Shown: in pieces, positions 19,956-32,993 of the stretch
Layout: every line of letters starts with the position of its first letter
Position numbering within the stretch: position 1 is the first letter of the stretch
Origin: Nitrospinales bacterium
GTDB lineage: Bacteria > Nitrospinota > Nitrospinia > Nitrospinales > VA-1
Direction of reading: 5' to 3'
Assembly (NCBI GenBank): GCA_965223795.1
Contig: CBDCXL010000002.1
Span: 320,001 to 384,000 of the forward strand
Length of the DNA stretch: 64,000 nucleotides
Made by a program: the position numbers and the translations under genes
The notes under the pieces: generated by a model
The model's database searches: none
Seen by the model: only the letters and a program-made list of their open reading frames with translations
Told to the model about the DNA's origin: nothing

Positions 19956-20321
19956 TCAGTGACCGATGTGGGCGTTCAGGATCGGAGAATTCAGGATCTT
20001 CTGATTGCCGTTGGCGTTCTTTTTCGCGGCTTTGAAATGCATGGTGGCTTCGCCGTGCCGTCCCAGCTTGTCGAGGGAGATGGCTTCATTGAAATGAGTT
20101 TCCCCTTTGCTGGAATCGATTTTGGAGGCCATCTTGAAATGCATGAGCGCGCCTTCGAAGTTGCCCTTATTCCATTCGGCGATGCCTTCTTCGTTGTGCT
20201 TATTGGCCTCGGCGTTGGACCCTTCCACCTGAGGGAGCTGCATGGGGCCTTCTCCGGCAAAGGCGGTCAGAGGCAGGAAACTGAATGCAACAACAGTCAA
20301 CAGAACCAAAACTTTTTTCAT
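19956..20321 (-). CDS. small exported TPR protein
   Basis: Signal peptide MKKVLV...AFA, two TPR-like helical pairs (ETHFNEAISLDKLG). Confidence 0.8.
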   Translation of the reverse strand: MKKVLVLLTVVAFSFLPLTAFAGEGPMQLPQVEGSNAEANKHNEEGIAEWNKGNFEGALMHFKMASKIDSSKGETHFNEAISLDKLGRHGEATMHFKAAKKNANGNQKILNSPILNAHIGH

Positions 20322-20561
20322 GGTGAATTGCTCCCCAAAAAATGGTTTTAAATTACCCCCCAAACTTGTTCGGATGTCTCTAAATTACCATTTTGAAGTT
20401 TCTATGAAAACCTTTTTTGGCCGGCGGCATCACGGAAAGCTGCGGTTTTTGAACCGATTGTCCCAGGCGGCCGGGCGCCGGACCTGAAGGCTTCTCTACG
20501 AGGATCGGATATTCCGCCCCGCCCTTTCGGCATCCGCACGGTGGGCCGCACGGTCTTTTCT

Positions 20562-21044
20562 TTACGGTGAAAGATCGGCACGTTCACATTGCAATGCCTC
20601 CCTTTGCGCACGGCCGAGTTCCCGGGGTATCCCCCAGCCTCTGATTTTCAATCCGATGCGGGAAGCGTACGGATCCCACAGCGGCCCGCCCGCGGCGCGC
20701 ACCTGGACTTTGAGCGATCCGGACCGGTCGACGCTCACTCTTTGAAACGTGTCCCCGAACGGGCCTTCGGTGATCTGATAGTCGTGCCTGCAGTACTCGC
20801 TGCCTTCGGGAAAGGACAGGACCGGGTCGCCCGCGCAATGCTGCCCCGAGGCCGCCTCACAGCGCACGGTCCACAAGTGAGGCTGCAACGGGAGTGCGTC
20901 CGTTTTCGCGGCTTGGGCGGCCTGCACCACGGCAGATGTGTTGGCACCCGTGCAGGCCGACGCGAGGCCCATCAGACACGCCAGCACGGCACCCTGCATG
21001 GCGGCGCCGCCGCGATTCAATTCGGCACGCTGCGCCGGTGTCAT
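20562..21044 (-). CDS. hypothetical Cys-containing lipoprotein
   Basis: ATGA overlap with upstream stop; hydrophobic stretch ending LASA-C. Confidence 0.6.
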   Translation of the reverse strand: MTPAQRAELNRGGAAMQGAVLACLMGLASACTGANTSAVVQAAQAAKTDALPLQPHLWTVRCEAASGQHCAGDPVLSFPEGSEYCRHDYQITEGPFGDTFQRVSVDRSGSLKVQVRAAGGPLWDPYASRIGLKIRGWGIPRELGRAQREALQCERADLSP

Positions 21045-21406
21045 CGTTCGCGCGCTTCCCGGCAGGGAAAAATCGCCTTGAGGGCATCGGCGGTCAACTC
21101 GATGGGTTTCTGACGCCACCGTTCCTGAAATGCCGCCAGCCATTTGGGGACCAGGCTCTCTCCTTTTTTCCGCCCGGCGGCGTCCCCGGGAAGACAGAAC
21201 GCCGGCTCGTTCTTATTTGAATAGCGCTCGTGCGCATCGACGACTCCCTGGATGTAAGCCCGGCACACGGAATCGTCGAACAGCACCGTGTCCCCCGTGC
21301 AGTAGCGGACCATGTCCATGCCTTTCCACTGATCCGCCAAGGCGGCGGAAATCCCGGCCGCCAGCCAGAACCACGCCAGCAAGGCGCATTGCAGACCCGT
21401 TTTCAT
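21041..21406 (-). CDS. Rap1a/Tai family immunity-like protein
   Basis: Signal peptide then G..M...C, C.AYIQGVVD, FCLP, ALKAIFPC four-Cys pattern. Confidence 0.75.
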   Translation of the reverse strand: MKTGLQCALLAWFWLAAGISAALADQWKGMDMVRYCTGDTVLFDDSVCRAYIQGVVDAHERYSNKNEPAFCLPGDAAGRKKGESLVPKWLAAFQERWRQKPIELTADALKAIFPCREARER

Positions 21407-21837
21407 GAGATGTGCATCCTTCTTTGTGTGAGTGCGGGGGGCCCTGTATTGCCCGCCGGCTTCGCGGACCGGCCGTGCATGAAAAGTCCATTCGGGCAAT
21501 TTGGTTACAAGCAAGACCGTCTTTCTGCAACCCTATCACAGAGCTTTCCACGGGTTCAACCGCATCGGACTTTCGCCAGCCGGAAAGCCCCGCGCCGTGC
21601 ACGAAACCGCAGCCTGTGCATGCTGAGAATCCTTTCTGACAAACCATTGACCCGAAATGCAATTGGGTTTAAGATGAATTTTGATCGGCTCCTTCCTGGG
21701 TGCGAGCCCACAGTGTGGGAGCTGGGCGGTCCTTTAGTTTTAGGGCGTTGCCCAAAGGACGGCCGCAGTATCGTTGTCATTCTGTTTGTCCAACGTTTGC
21801 AATCGCTCGTAATGATTCCGGGCGGCCCATTTTGTTT

Positions 21838-22305
21838 GTGGAACTTGAGGAAATCGTACAGAAAAACCTGACCGACGGGAAAATCCTGAACCTGGAAGCC
21901 CGCAAGATCGGCGATGAAGGGATCAAACAACTCGCCGGCATGGAACTGCTTGCCAATGTGGTGCAGCTGGAGCTGGGTGAAAATGAGATCAGCAATGAAG
22001 GCGTCGCCGCGCTGTGTCAATCTCCTCACATCGGCAAGCTGAGAATTCTGAATCTCAAATCCAACCAGATCACAGCGGAAGGCGCGCGGACGCTGGCGCA
22101 ATGCGAAAACCTTTCGCAGCTGGATCAACTGGTCCTCAAGTTCAACCGCATCGGCGAAGAAGGCGCGAAATTCCTGTCCGAATCGAAGATGCTCGGCGGT
22201 TTGACCACGCTGGATCTGTTCCGCAACCGCATCGGCGAAGAAGGGGCGCGGGCCATCAAAACCTCCAAAAATTTTCAGAACCTCAGCCGGGTCCGGCTGG
22301 ACTGA
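21838..22305 (+). CDS. leucine-rich repeat protein (RI-like 28-aa repeats)
   Basis: LxLxxNxIxxEGAxxL repeated about five times; GTG start inferred. Confidence 0.85.
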   Translation: MELEEIVQKNLTDGKILNLEARKIGDEGIKQLAGMELLANVVQLELGENEISNEGVAALCQSPHIGKLRILNLKSNQITAEGARTLAQCENLSQLDQLVLKFNRIGEEGAKFLSESKMLGGLTTLDLFRNRIGEEGARAIKTSKNFQNLSRVRLD

Positions 22306-22357
22306 CCGTTTGGCATCACCCCGGTCGCAACCGATGGCGGCATCCCGCAACCCCTGC

Positions 22358-22771
22358 ATGGACCTGAACAAAACATTTCCCCGCAGCCCGACGGAAACCC
22401 TGGCAGGTTTGGTTCACCTGCCGCGCATGCTCGACAAGGCGCGCGCAAAGAGGAACGACACGCTTGGAGAATACATCTACCCCTGCCCTCTCGATGAAAT
22501 CGTGCTTGAATTCCTCGGGATCGACGGCGGCGATCTGCTGGAGCGGGCCGCATCGCAGCCGGACGAAGCCATCTCCCGCTGGGTGACCGGGATCTGCGAA
22601 GGGCGCTCCGCCGAAGACGTGGCGGCGCTCAACCACAGCATCCTGGAACGAAAACCCGACAACGATGAAAAGCGTAAAAAATTCATCGAAGCGCGGGAAA
22701 AAGCCGCGCCGGACCGGGAGGACATCACGACCTGGGTCGGCCTCATCGACCTTGAGGAGGGGCGGCTCTGA
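22358..22771 (+). CDS. DUF5069 domain protein
   Basis: MDL...PRSP..LAGLVHLPRMLDKARA...GEYIYPCPLD, C-terminal IDLEEGR. Confidence 0.85.
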   Translation: MDLNKTFPRSPTETLAGLVHLPRMLDKARAKRNDTLGEYIYPCPLDEIVLEFLGIDGGDLLERAASQPDEAISRWVTGICEGRSAEDVAALNHSILERKPDNDEKRKKFIEAREKAAPDREDITTWVGLIDLEEGRL

Positions 22772-22853
22772 GCTTTCCTCTGAAGCGCTGCGTTTCGGCT
22801 CCGCCGCGGCGCCGGTTGCGCTTCTCTTTATCAAACCCGATTGACGGCACTCC

Positions 22854-25250
22854 ATGAAAGACGATCCAACAGAACAGATTCGCGACACGTCGAAAAAGAA
22901 GGGCAAAAAAAAGGTCCTGAAGGTCATCCTGCTGTCGGGATTTTTCCTTTTCCTGCTGGCCATGATCGTGGGCTTTTCCGGCGCGGCGGTGCTCTACTTC
23001 ATGTATTCGAAGGACCTCCCGGACGTGCGCCAGCTCAAGGATTACCAGCCGAGCACCATCACCCGCCTGTATTCCGATTACGACGAACTGATCGCGGAGT
23101 TCTATATCGAAAAGCGCATCCTGACGCCGCTCGAGGACATCCCGCTGGCGCTGAAACAGGCGACGCTCGCCGTGGAGGATTCGAATTTTTACTACCACTT
23201 CGGCATCGACCCGAAGGCGATCGTCCGCGCTTTCATCACCAACCTCAAAGCGGGCTCGGTGGTGGAGGGCGGCAGCACGATCACCCAGCAGCTGGCGAAA
23301 ACGCTGTTCCTCTCCAGAGAGAGGAAGCTCACGCGCAAGATCAAGGAAGCCATTCTGTCGATCCGCATGGAATTGATCTTCTCCAAGGATGAAATCCTGG
23401 AGATGTATCTCAACCAGATCTATTACGGCCACGGCTCCTACGGGGTCGAAGGCGCTTCCAAAACCTATTTCGGCAAGCACGTGCAGGATCTTTCGATCGA
23501 CGAATGCGCCATGCTCGCCAGCCTGCCGAAGGCGCCCAACAACTACTCGCCCTACAAGTATCCCAAGCGCGCCAAGAAACGGCGCAACCACGCCATCCGG
23601 CGCATGCATCACTTAGGATTCATCAGCGACGCGCAGGCTGAAGAAGCGCTGGCGGCCGAATTCGAACTGGGCGAGGTCACCGACATGCTCAACAAGGCGC
23701 CCTATTTCGTCGAGTACATCCGCCAGTTCCTGCAGGACACGTACGGCTCCACCAAGCTGTACCGCGGCGGGCTGAAGGTGTACACCACGCTCAACATGGA
23801 TTCGCAGGAGGTGGCGCAAAAAGCGGTGCGGGAAAACCTGCTGGTGACGGACAAGCGTTACGGCTACCGCGGACCGATCGGCACGATCCAGGTGAAGGAC
23901 AACCTGCTGACGGCGCGCGACACGCTTCTGGAGCTGAACGATTTCACCACGGAGGAACAGCAGCCCCAGGTGGGCGACCTGCTCAAAGGTGCGGTGCTGG
24001 AGGTGACGGACGACGACGCGCTCGTCCTGCTGGGCCGGGACGAGGGCGTGATCGAGCTCAAAGACATGGACTGGGCGCGGCGGCCCAACATCCAGGTGGA
24101 CGGGCAGTGGGCGAAGATCGCGCGGGCGCGCGACGCGCTGTCTCCGGGCGATCTGATCCTGGTGCGGGTCAAGGGCACGCGCGAGGAGGACATGCGCTGG
24201 TCGCTGGCTCTGGAACAGGAGCCGGAGGTGGAAGCCGGTCTGATCAGTCTGGAAGCGGGCACCGGGCACATCAAGGCGATGGTGGGCGGCTACGATTTCA
24301 CCAAGAGCCAGTTCAACCGCGCGGTGCAGGCGATCCGCCAGCCGGGCTCGGCGTTCAAGCCCATCATCTACGCGGCGGCCATCGAGCAGGGATTCAACCC
24401 GGCGAGCATCATCATCGACTCGCCCATCATCTTCAAGGAGAAGGAAGACGCGTTCGACAAATGGAAGCCGGTCAACTTCGAGGAAAAATTCTACGGCCCC
24501 ACGCCGCTGCGCACGGCGCTGACCCATTCGCGCAACGTCGTCACGGTGAAGCTGCTGCAGAACATCGGCGTCGAGCGCGCCATCCAGATGGCGCGCAATC
24601 TCGGGATCTCCAGCAGGATGTCGAAAAACCTGTCGATCGCGCTGGGGTCTTCGGGCGTGACGCTGTTCGAGCTGACCTCGGCCTATTCCACGTTCGCCAA
24701 CATGGGTCAGAGGATCAATCCGATCGCGGTGCGCCTGATCGAAAACCGCGAAGGCGAAGTGCTCTACACCGCGCAGCCGAACATCACGCAGCCGATCTCA
24801 AGCGGCGTCGCCTACACGATCACCAGCCTGCTGCAAAGCGTGGTCGAGAGCGGCACCGGCAAAAAGGTGAAGGTGCTCAACCGGCCGGTGGCGGCGAAGA
24901 CGGGAACGACGAACAATTACGTCGACGCCTGGTTCATCGGCTACACGCCGGAAGTGGTGACCGGGGTCTGGGTGGGAAAAGACGAGGACGAACCGCTGGG
25001 CGTCAACGAAACCGGCTCGCGCGCGGCGATCCCCATCTGGCTCGATTACATGCAGAAAACGCTTGAGGGCGTGCCGGTGCGCAACTTCCCGGTGTCGGAC
25101 GAGATCGTGTTCATGAAGATCAATCCGGAATCCGGCAAGGGCGCGCATTTTGAAGAGGCCGGGGCGAAGTTCGAAATCTTCATCGACAACAAGATTCCGG
25201 AAGAGGAGAAGTCGGACATCCTCCTGGTCGAAGACGGAAACACGTTTTAG
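22854..25250 (+). CDS. mrcA: penicillin-binding protein 1A (class A PBP)
   Basis: EDSNFYYH, GGSTITQQL, RKIKE transglycosylase motifs; SAFK, SRN, KTGT transpeptidase motifs. Confidence 0.93.
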   Translation: MKDDPTEQIRDTSKKKGKKKVLKVILLSGFFLFLLAMIVGFSGAAVLYFMYSKDLPDVRQLKDYQPSTITRLYSDYDELIAEFYIEKRILTPLEDIPLALKQATLAVEDSNFYYHFGIDPKAIVRAFITNLKAGSVVEGGSTITQQLAKTLFLSRERKLTRKIKEAILSIRMELIFSKDEILEMYLNQIYYGHGSYGVEGASKTYFGKHVQDLSIDECAMLASLPKAPNNYSPYKYPKRAKKRRNHAIRRMHHLGFISDAQAEEALAAEFELGEVTDMLNKAPYFVEYIRQFLQDTYGSTKLYRGGLKVYTTLNMDSQEVAQKAVRENLLVTDKRYGYRGPIGTIQVKDNLLTARDTLLELNDFTTEEQQPQVGDLLKGAVLEVTDDDALVLLGRDEGVIELKDMDWARRPNIQVDGQWAKIARARDALSPGDLILVRVKGTREEDMRWSLALEQEPEVEAGLISLEAGTGHIKAMVGGYDFTKSQFNRAVQAIRQPGSAFKPIIYAAAIEQGFNPASIIIDSPIIFKEKEDAFDKWKPVNFEEKFYGPTPLRTALTHSRNVVTVKLLQNIGVERAIQMARNLGISSRMSKNLSIALGSSGVTLFELTSAYSTFANMGQRINPIAVRLIENREGEVLYTAQPNITQPISSGVAYTITSLLQSVVESGTGKKVKVLNRPVAAKTGTTNNYVDAWFIGYTPEVVTGVWVGKDEDEPLGVNETGSRAAIPIWLDYMQKTLEGVPVRNFPVSDEIVFMKINPESGKGAHFEEAGAKFEIFIDNKIPEEEKSDILLVEDGNTF

Positions 25251-25256
25251 GCGGGG

Positions 25257-27269
25257 TCAATCGACTTGCGTGATCCTGCGGTTCTGCACCTGCAGGGTGA
25301 ACAGCTCTTTTTCCGAATCGCCGGAGCTTGAGATGCTGGTCTGTCCGGAGACGCCGGGATAGTCCCGGATCGATTGCAGCCGCTCGGCGATCTCAAGCCG
25401 GTTCTGCGCTCCATTCTGGATCATCTCGATGAGCATCTGCGCGCCGTCGTAGGCCTGCGCGGAATAGAGCCCCGGCGCGCCGCCGAAATTGGATTTGAAG
25501 TCGGTCACGAATTTCTGCACCTTGGGCTTGACCGAATCGGCGTAAAACCCGTCCACGAAAAATCCCGTCTTGAGGTAATTGCCGGCGATCTCCAAAAGCT
25601 TCGGCGAATTCCAGCCGCTGGCACCCAGCAGCACGATGTCCTCGATGTTGTAAAACACCAGCTGCGGGATGATGAGCCCGACCTTGTCGTAAAACCCCGG
25701 CATGAAGATCGCGTCGTAACTCAAGTCCAGCGTCGCCTGCAGATCCTCGATATCCTCATCGGTGAACAGGCCCATTTCCACCACGGGCTGGGACAGGCCG
25801 TCCTTCCTCTGGAAACGTTCCATCCCTTCCTCGCTTTGCAGCTGCTCGCGCGTCATCTTCAACAGTTGATCGTCGGACACGCCGCCCAGTTCGAGAATCT
25901 GCGGCTTGAAGTCGGTCTGGCTGCGTTCGTAGGGCACGCTGGCCACGATCTCGCCGCCCAGGGAGCGGATCTCGGATTCGAAATGCTCCTTGAGCTCGAT
26001 GCCGAACGCTTCCTGCGGATAGAGTACGGCGAAGCGCCGCAGGTTCAGTTTGTTGAAACTGTAATCGGCGATGTGCCGCGCCTGGATGTCCCGCGTCAGG
26101 GCGTTGCGGAAAATATAGGGACTCAACTGCGGCAGGCCCTCGGCGGACGCGGTGGGCGTGATCGCGGGAAGCCGGTAGGCATCCACGACCGGCACGACGT
26201 CCTTCACTTCGCCGCTCTGCACGGGCCCGACCACGGCGACCACGTTGGGATCGGCGGCCAGCTCTTCGACGATCTGCTCAACCGGCTGGCCGGAGGCGGA
26301 ATCTTTCACGATGAGTTCCAGCTTGTTCTGGTTTTTGAGACCGGACTGGTTGATGGCGAGCTGAATGCCCTGGAGCACCTGCTGGCCGGTGACGGCGAGC
26401 TTGCCGGAAAGCGGCACCACCGCGCCGATCCTGAGCTTAAGGTCGGGATTGTCCGCCACCTGCTTCCAGTAAAGCTCAAAACGGGGCCGTTCCGGGTGCG
26501 CCGGATACAACTGCGCCAGTTCCTTGAGGGCGGCCTGGTATTTGTAGACATCCCGCTGGCCGCGGTAGATCGACAGCAGTTTTTTGAGCAGCAGGTCGCC
26601 GGGAAACTGCGCGCCGTAGGTGTCTTTCAACAGGTGCACTTCCGCTTCGGACAGTTTTTCATCGATGATCTTTTCGATCAGCTGGCGCGCCGTGGTGCGG
26701 ATGGCTTCCGCCTCGTTCTGGTTGTAGACGTTGTTGAGCTTGGCGATGGCGCCGGTGTAGTCGAATTTTTCCTCGTCCACCCGCGCGAGCTGGTAGAGCG
26801 CCTTCCAGCGCACGGCGCGGTTGGGATGGGTCTTGAGCACCATGCGGAACTGCTGGTCGGCGTCGGCGTACTGGGCCAGCTCGAAATAGCAGAGCCCCAT
26901 GTTCATGCTGGCGTCGGGTGCGAGGTCCGTTCCGGGAAACCGCTCCAGCAGCATCTGGTAAAAACGCAGCGCGGTGGCGTAGGACTCGGCTTTCTGGTCG
27001 ATCTGCCCGAGCCGGTAGAGGGAGCGCGCCGCCCATTTGTTGCGCGGCTGCTGACTGACGAAATCGTGGTACAACGATTTCGCTTCATTGAACCGGCCGG
27101 CGTGAAAATGAAACTCCGCCTCGCGGAACAGGCTCGTCTCCGTCAGGGGCAGCGACTCCTGCGCCCAGGCGGAAGCTGCGGCGCACAGCCATACTATAAG
27201 GATCAGAAGGATCCCCCGGCGGACGGCGCAGGCAAACGTCCGGCGCTTGTTGGGTCGTGCAATAGGCAT
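25257..27269 (-). CDS. LpoA-like PBP activator (TPR + periplasmic binding protein type 1 fold)
   Basis: Signal peptide, TPRs, IGAVVPLSG, VVGP, AQAYDGA; alternative GTG start at 27323 overlaps the upstream stop. Confidence 0.8.
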   Translation of the reverse strand: MPIARPNKRRTFACAVRRGILLILIVWLCAAASAWAQESLPLTETSLFREAEFHFHAGRFNEAKSLYHDFVSQQPRNKWAARSLYRLGQIDQKAESYATALRFYQMLLERFPGTDLAPDASMNMGLCYFELAQYADADQQFRMVLKTHPNRAVRWKALYQLARVDEEKFDYTGAIAKLNNVYNQNEAEAIRTTARQLIEKIIDEKLSEAEVHLLKDTYGAQFPGDLLLKKLLSIYRGQRDVYKYQAALKELAQLYPAHPERPRFELYWKQVADNPDLKLRIGAVVPLSGKLAVTGQQVLQGIQLAINQSGLKNQNKLELIVKDSASGQPVEQIVEELAADPNVVAVVGPVQSGEVKDVVPVVDAYRLPAITPTASAEGLPQLSPYIFRNALTRDIQARHIADYSFNKLNLRRFAVLYPQEAFGIELKEHFESEIRSLGGEIVASVPYERSQTDFKPQILELGGVSDDQLLKMTREQLQSEEGMERFQRKDGLSQPVVEMGLFTDEDIEDLQATLDLSYDAIFMPGFYDKVGLIIPQLVFYNIEDIVLLGASGWNSPKLLEIAGNYLKTGFFVDGFYADSVKPKVQKFVTDFKSNFGGAPGLYSAQAYDGAQMLIEMIQNGAQNRLEIAERLQSIRDYPGVSGQTSISSSGDSEKELFTLQVQNRRITQVD

Positions 27270-27319
27270 GGCGCACCTGTGGGAAGTGAGGCGTGAACCC
27301 TCGATCTCCTGGAACCCGG

Positions 27320-28714
<1,395 letters not shown>

Positions 28715-29139
28715 GGTATTTTTTTCAGGGTTTCCGGCACATGGTGGTTGGGAAGGCAGCCTGCCGCATTTCCGCGGGGACGCGTGAAATAAATCAACAG
28801 ACCGACAAAAACTGGCTGGGACGCCCAAAAACGTCACACACACTATATATCAAATTCGTTCAAAAACATAGGGAGATTTTTCGGTGGAGGGAACCACGGG
28901 CCTTCCTTTCGCAGGCCGCCGGTGCTTGCAACGCTGCACCGCGAAACCGCTGTTCTGATATTTTCCACATTTCGGGCTTATCGAATTGGCGTTCACCGGG
29001 CAATAATATAAAATCAGGAAATCCGATTGCGAGTGCTTAAACCGGTGCACCTCGACCCATGACGGGCAAATCCAAATCCGTTCTTTCCCATCAGGAAAAT
29101 CTGGGAAAGCAAAATTCAAACGAGCCGTAGAAATTCGCT

Positions 29140-29883
29140 ATGAATGAAGAAACGCCCAAAGAAAATAACGACGCTCCCCTCGCGGAAGTGGAAATCACAA
29201 AATTCGCCGAGGACTGGTTTAAAGCAAACCTGACACAAGGCCAGGCGGACGCGTGGTTCGAAGAGCTGAGCCATGATTTCACAGCCGAGGCGCAGTGGCT
29301 GAAAGACGGCGAATTCCTGGAATCCATCAAACTGGAAGCGCACGACCAACTGGCTGAAGTCTATGAAGACGCGCCCAGCGCACTGGAGCAGCAGATCGTT
29401 CTGCGCAAGATCGCCATCGACTATCTGCTGAGCTTGATCTGCCTGCAGGAATACATCAACCTGAAATCCAAATCCGACCGGGACGTGGTCTTTGCCTACG
29501 TGAACGAAGGCGCGGAGGCGGAATGGGAGTACGACAACCGGGAGGATTTTGAAAACGAACTCTGGATGGATGTGATCCGCTACAAGATCATCTACTACCT
29601 GGTGGTCGATCTGCTGCGGGAATTCTTTTTCGACGCCCAGGAAAATTACTTTCCCTCGCGGCTGGCCTTCATCTACCGGGACTATTTACAAACACAGATC
29701 GACCTGTTGCTGACGAAGCCGGATTCCAAAAATCAGGAAAGCATCAAGTCGATGGAGGATTTCAAGTACTACCTGGAAGACCTGCTGGAAGCGGAAAAGA
29801 AACTCATCGAGTCCGGCTGGGACCTCACCACGCGGGAACTGTTTTACAAAGGGTACAGCGAAAAACTGGTGTATTCGAATTAG
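29140..29883 (+). CDS. acidic hypothetical protein
   Basis: 247-aa ORF with host-like codon usage; no motif recognised. Confidence 0.75.
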   Translation: MNEETPKENNDAPLAEVEITKFAEDWFKANLTQGQADAWFEELSHDFTAEAQWLKDGEFLESIKLEAHDQLAEVYEDAPSALEQQIVLRKIAIDYLLSLICLQEYINLKSKSDRDVVFAYVNEGAEAEWEYDNREDFENELWMDVIRYKIIYYLVVDLLREFFFDAQENYFPSRLAFIYRDYLQTQIDLLLTKPDSKNQESIKSMEDFKYYLEDLLEAEKKLIESGWDLTTRELFYKGYSEKLVYSN

Positions 29884-29894
29884 GAAGCTTTGGT

Positions 29895-30581
29895 ATGACC
29901 ATCCATGACTCTTTTGACCGGCAAGGTTTTCAAATCATTCCATCTATTCTGAAAGCTTCAGAGATCGAAACCTTAAAGGAATCGATGACAACCCTTTCAA
30001 CCAGGAATGCAGGTTCGAGAATCCGCTTTAGAGAACATGCGTTTCTAGCCAAGCTGGTTCGCTCGCCCAGAGTGCGTTCTCTCATCGAACCGACGCTGGG
30101 AAGAAAAGCGATAGCTGTCCGCGCACTTGTTTTCGACAAACGTCCCAAAGCCAATTGGGGAGTTCGTTGGCACCAGGACAAAACGATCGCGGTAAAAATC
30201 AAAACTAAAGCTCCCGGTTATTATGGATGGTCTTTAAAGCAAGGCGTATCCCATGTTCATCCTCCATCCAAGATCATGGAGGAAATGCTGGCGTTGCGCC
30301 TGCATCTCGATGAAGCAGGACCAGCCAACGGCGGCTTGCAAGTGTGTCCGGGTTCTCACACATTGGGTTGTTTGCCGGAAGCGGAGGTACACAATGTGGT
30401 GAATTCAGTAGGATCCACAGCTACGAAAGCGCATTGCGGGGACGCCATCCTCATGCGGCCCTTGCTCATTCATTCTTCCACACGATCCCAAGTAGGACGA
30501 CGGAGGGTCATTCATATCGAATTCGCTTCCGCTCCCCTCCCCCAACCACTGGAATGGAACGATCCCATTTCTCTGCATTAA
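29895..30581 (+). CDS. phytanoyl-CoA dioxygenase family Fe(II)/2OG oxygenase
   Basis: WHQD...LHLD...NGGLQVCPGSH...GDAILMRPLLIHSS...RRVIH. Confidence 0.88.
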   Translation: MTIHDSFDRQGFQIIPSILKASEIETLKESMTTLSTRNAGSRIRFREHAFLAKLVRSPRVRSLIEPTLGRKAIAVRALVFDKRPKANWGVRWHQDKTIAVKIKTKAPGYYGWSLKQGVSHVHPPSKIMEEMLALRLHLDEAGPANGGLQVCPGSHTLGCLPEAEVHNVVNSVGSTATKAHCGDAILMRPLLIHSSTRSQVGRRRVIHIEFASAPLPQPLEWNDPISLH

Positions 30582-30594
30582 GTTTTTACAGATA

Positions 30595-31803
<1,209 letters not shown>

Positions 31804-31825
31804 GATGCGTGTTCTGTTCTCTTAG

Positions 31826-31898
31826 TGTCGCCCTGAGCCTGTCGAAGGGTGACAGAAATCTTTGTCCCGGCGCATGCTTCGACAAGCTCAGCATGACA
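31826..31898. repeat. REP-like inverted repeat (CTGAGCCTGTCGAAG family), complete copy
   Basis: tgtcgccctgagcctgtcgaagg ... tgcttcgacaagctcagcatgaca arms. Confidence 0.85.
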
Positions 31899-31978
31899 TA
31901 CAAGGGAACCGTTGATTCGCTCCCCTGCCCCGCTCTTTCAGCTCAAGGGGGGTATCATACCCGTAACGGGAAACGGGT

Positions 31979-32968
31979 TCAACGGAGGAATTTGCCGCCC
32001 CTGGCGTAGTGCGCCGCGCCCATAAGGGCCGCTTTTTCATTGAGTATCACCTGGACGGGCAGCTGGCTGAGCAGGGTGTTGAAGCGGCCTTTGGAGAGGA
32101 ACGCGTCCATGAAGGAGCCGGATTTGATGAGGGAGAGGATGTTCGGGGCGATGCCGCCGCCCACGTACACGCCGCCGGCGGCAAGAAACTGCAGCGCCAG
32201 GTTGCCGGCGGCGGCGCCGTAGAGCGACACGAACATCTCCAGCGCCTGTTCGCAGGCGGTGAATTTTTTGTTGAGCCCGGCCTGGGTGATGACCACGCCG
32301 GGGTCGCCCTGGGCGAGTTCCTTTGTCAGCCATTCGGGTTCTGTGAGCTTGTGGTGCTCTTTGATGAACTGGTAGACGTTGTGCAGGCCGGGGCCGGACA
32401 GCACGCGCTCGATGCTGACGCGGCCGAATTTGCTTCTTAGAAAATGCAGCATCTCCGCTTCGGTCTGGGTGCGCGGCGCGAAGTCGCAATGGCCGCCCTC
32501 GGAATCGAGGATCTGGTAGCGGCCGTCGCCCGTGGGAATGAGGAACGCCTCGCCGAGCCCGGTGCCGGCTGCGATGACGGCGATGCGGCCGTCCTCGACG
32601 GGAGAACCGGCCTGCAGGGTCTCCACTTCGCCGCCCGCGAGAAACGGCACGGCGCAGGCGGTGGCGGCGAGGTCGTTGATCAGCCAGACGTCCTCCAGCG
32701 CCAGCTTGCGCTTGAGGCTTTTCACGTCCACCACCCAGGGCAGGTTAGTGACTTCGCAGCGGCCGTCCTTCACCGGCCCGGCGATCCCGAAACCGGCGCA
32801 CGACAGCCTGGGATGCTCTTTACCGCAGTATTCGGACAGGATCGCCTCCAGCCCGGAGTACTCGCTGCTTTTGAACTTGGCCTCGTTGACGGCGCGGAGT
32901 CCGCCGTCGTGGTTTTCGAACAACGCAAGGTTGACCTTGGTGCCGCCGATGTCGCCTGCGAGAATCAT
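31979..32968 (-). CDS. glk: glucokinase
   Basis: ILAGDIGGT, LINDL, AGTGLG, SEGGH, ERVLSGPGL. Confidence 0.95.
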   Translation of the reverse strand: MILAGDIGGTKVNLALFENHDGGLRAVNEAKFKSSEYSGLEAILSEYCGKEHPRLSCAGFGIAGPVKDGRCEVTNLPWVVDVKSLKRKLALEDVWLINDLAATACAVPFLAGGEVETLQAGSPVEDGRIAVIAAGTGLGEAFLIPTGDGRYQILDSEGGHCDFAPRTQTEAEMLHFLRSKFGRVSIERVLSGPGLHNVYQFIKEHHKLTEPEWLTKELAQGDPGVVITQAGLNKKFTACEQALEMFVSLYGAAAGNLALQFLAAGGVYVGGGIAPNILSLIKSGSFMDAFLSKGRFNTLLSQLPVQVILNEKAALMGAAHYARGGKFLR

Positions 32969-32993
32969 CCGCCCCCCGTTCGCTTGGCCCGGC

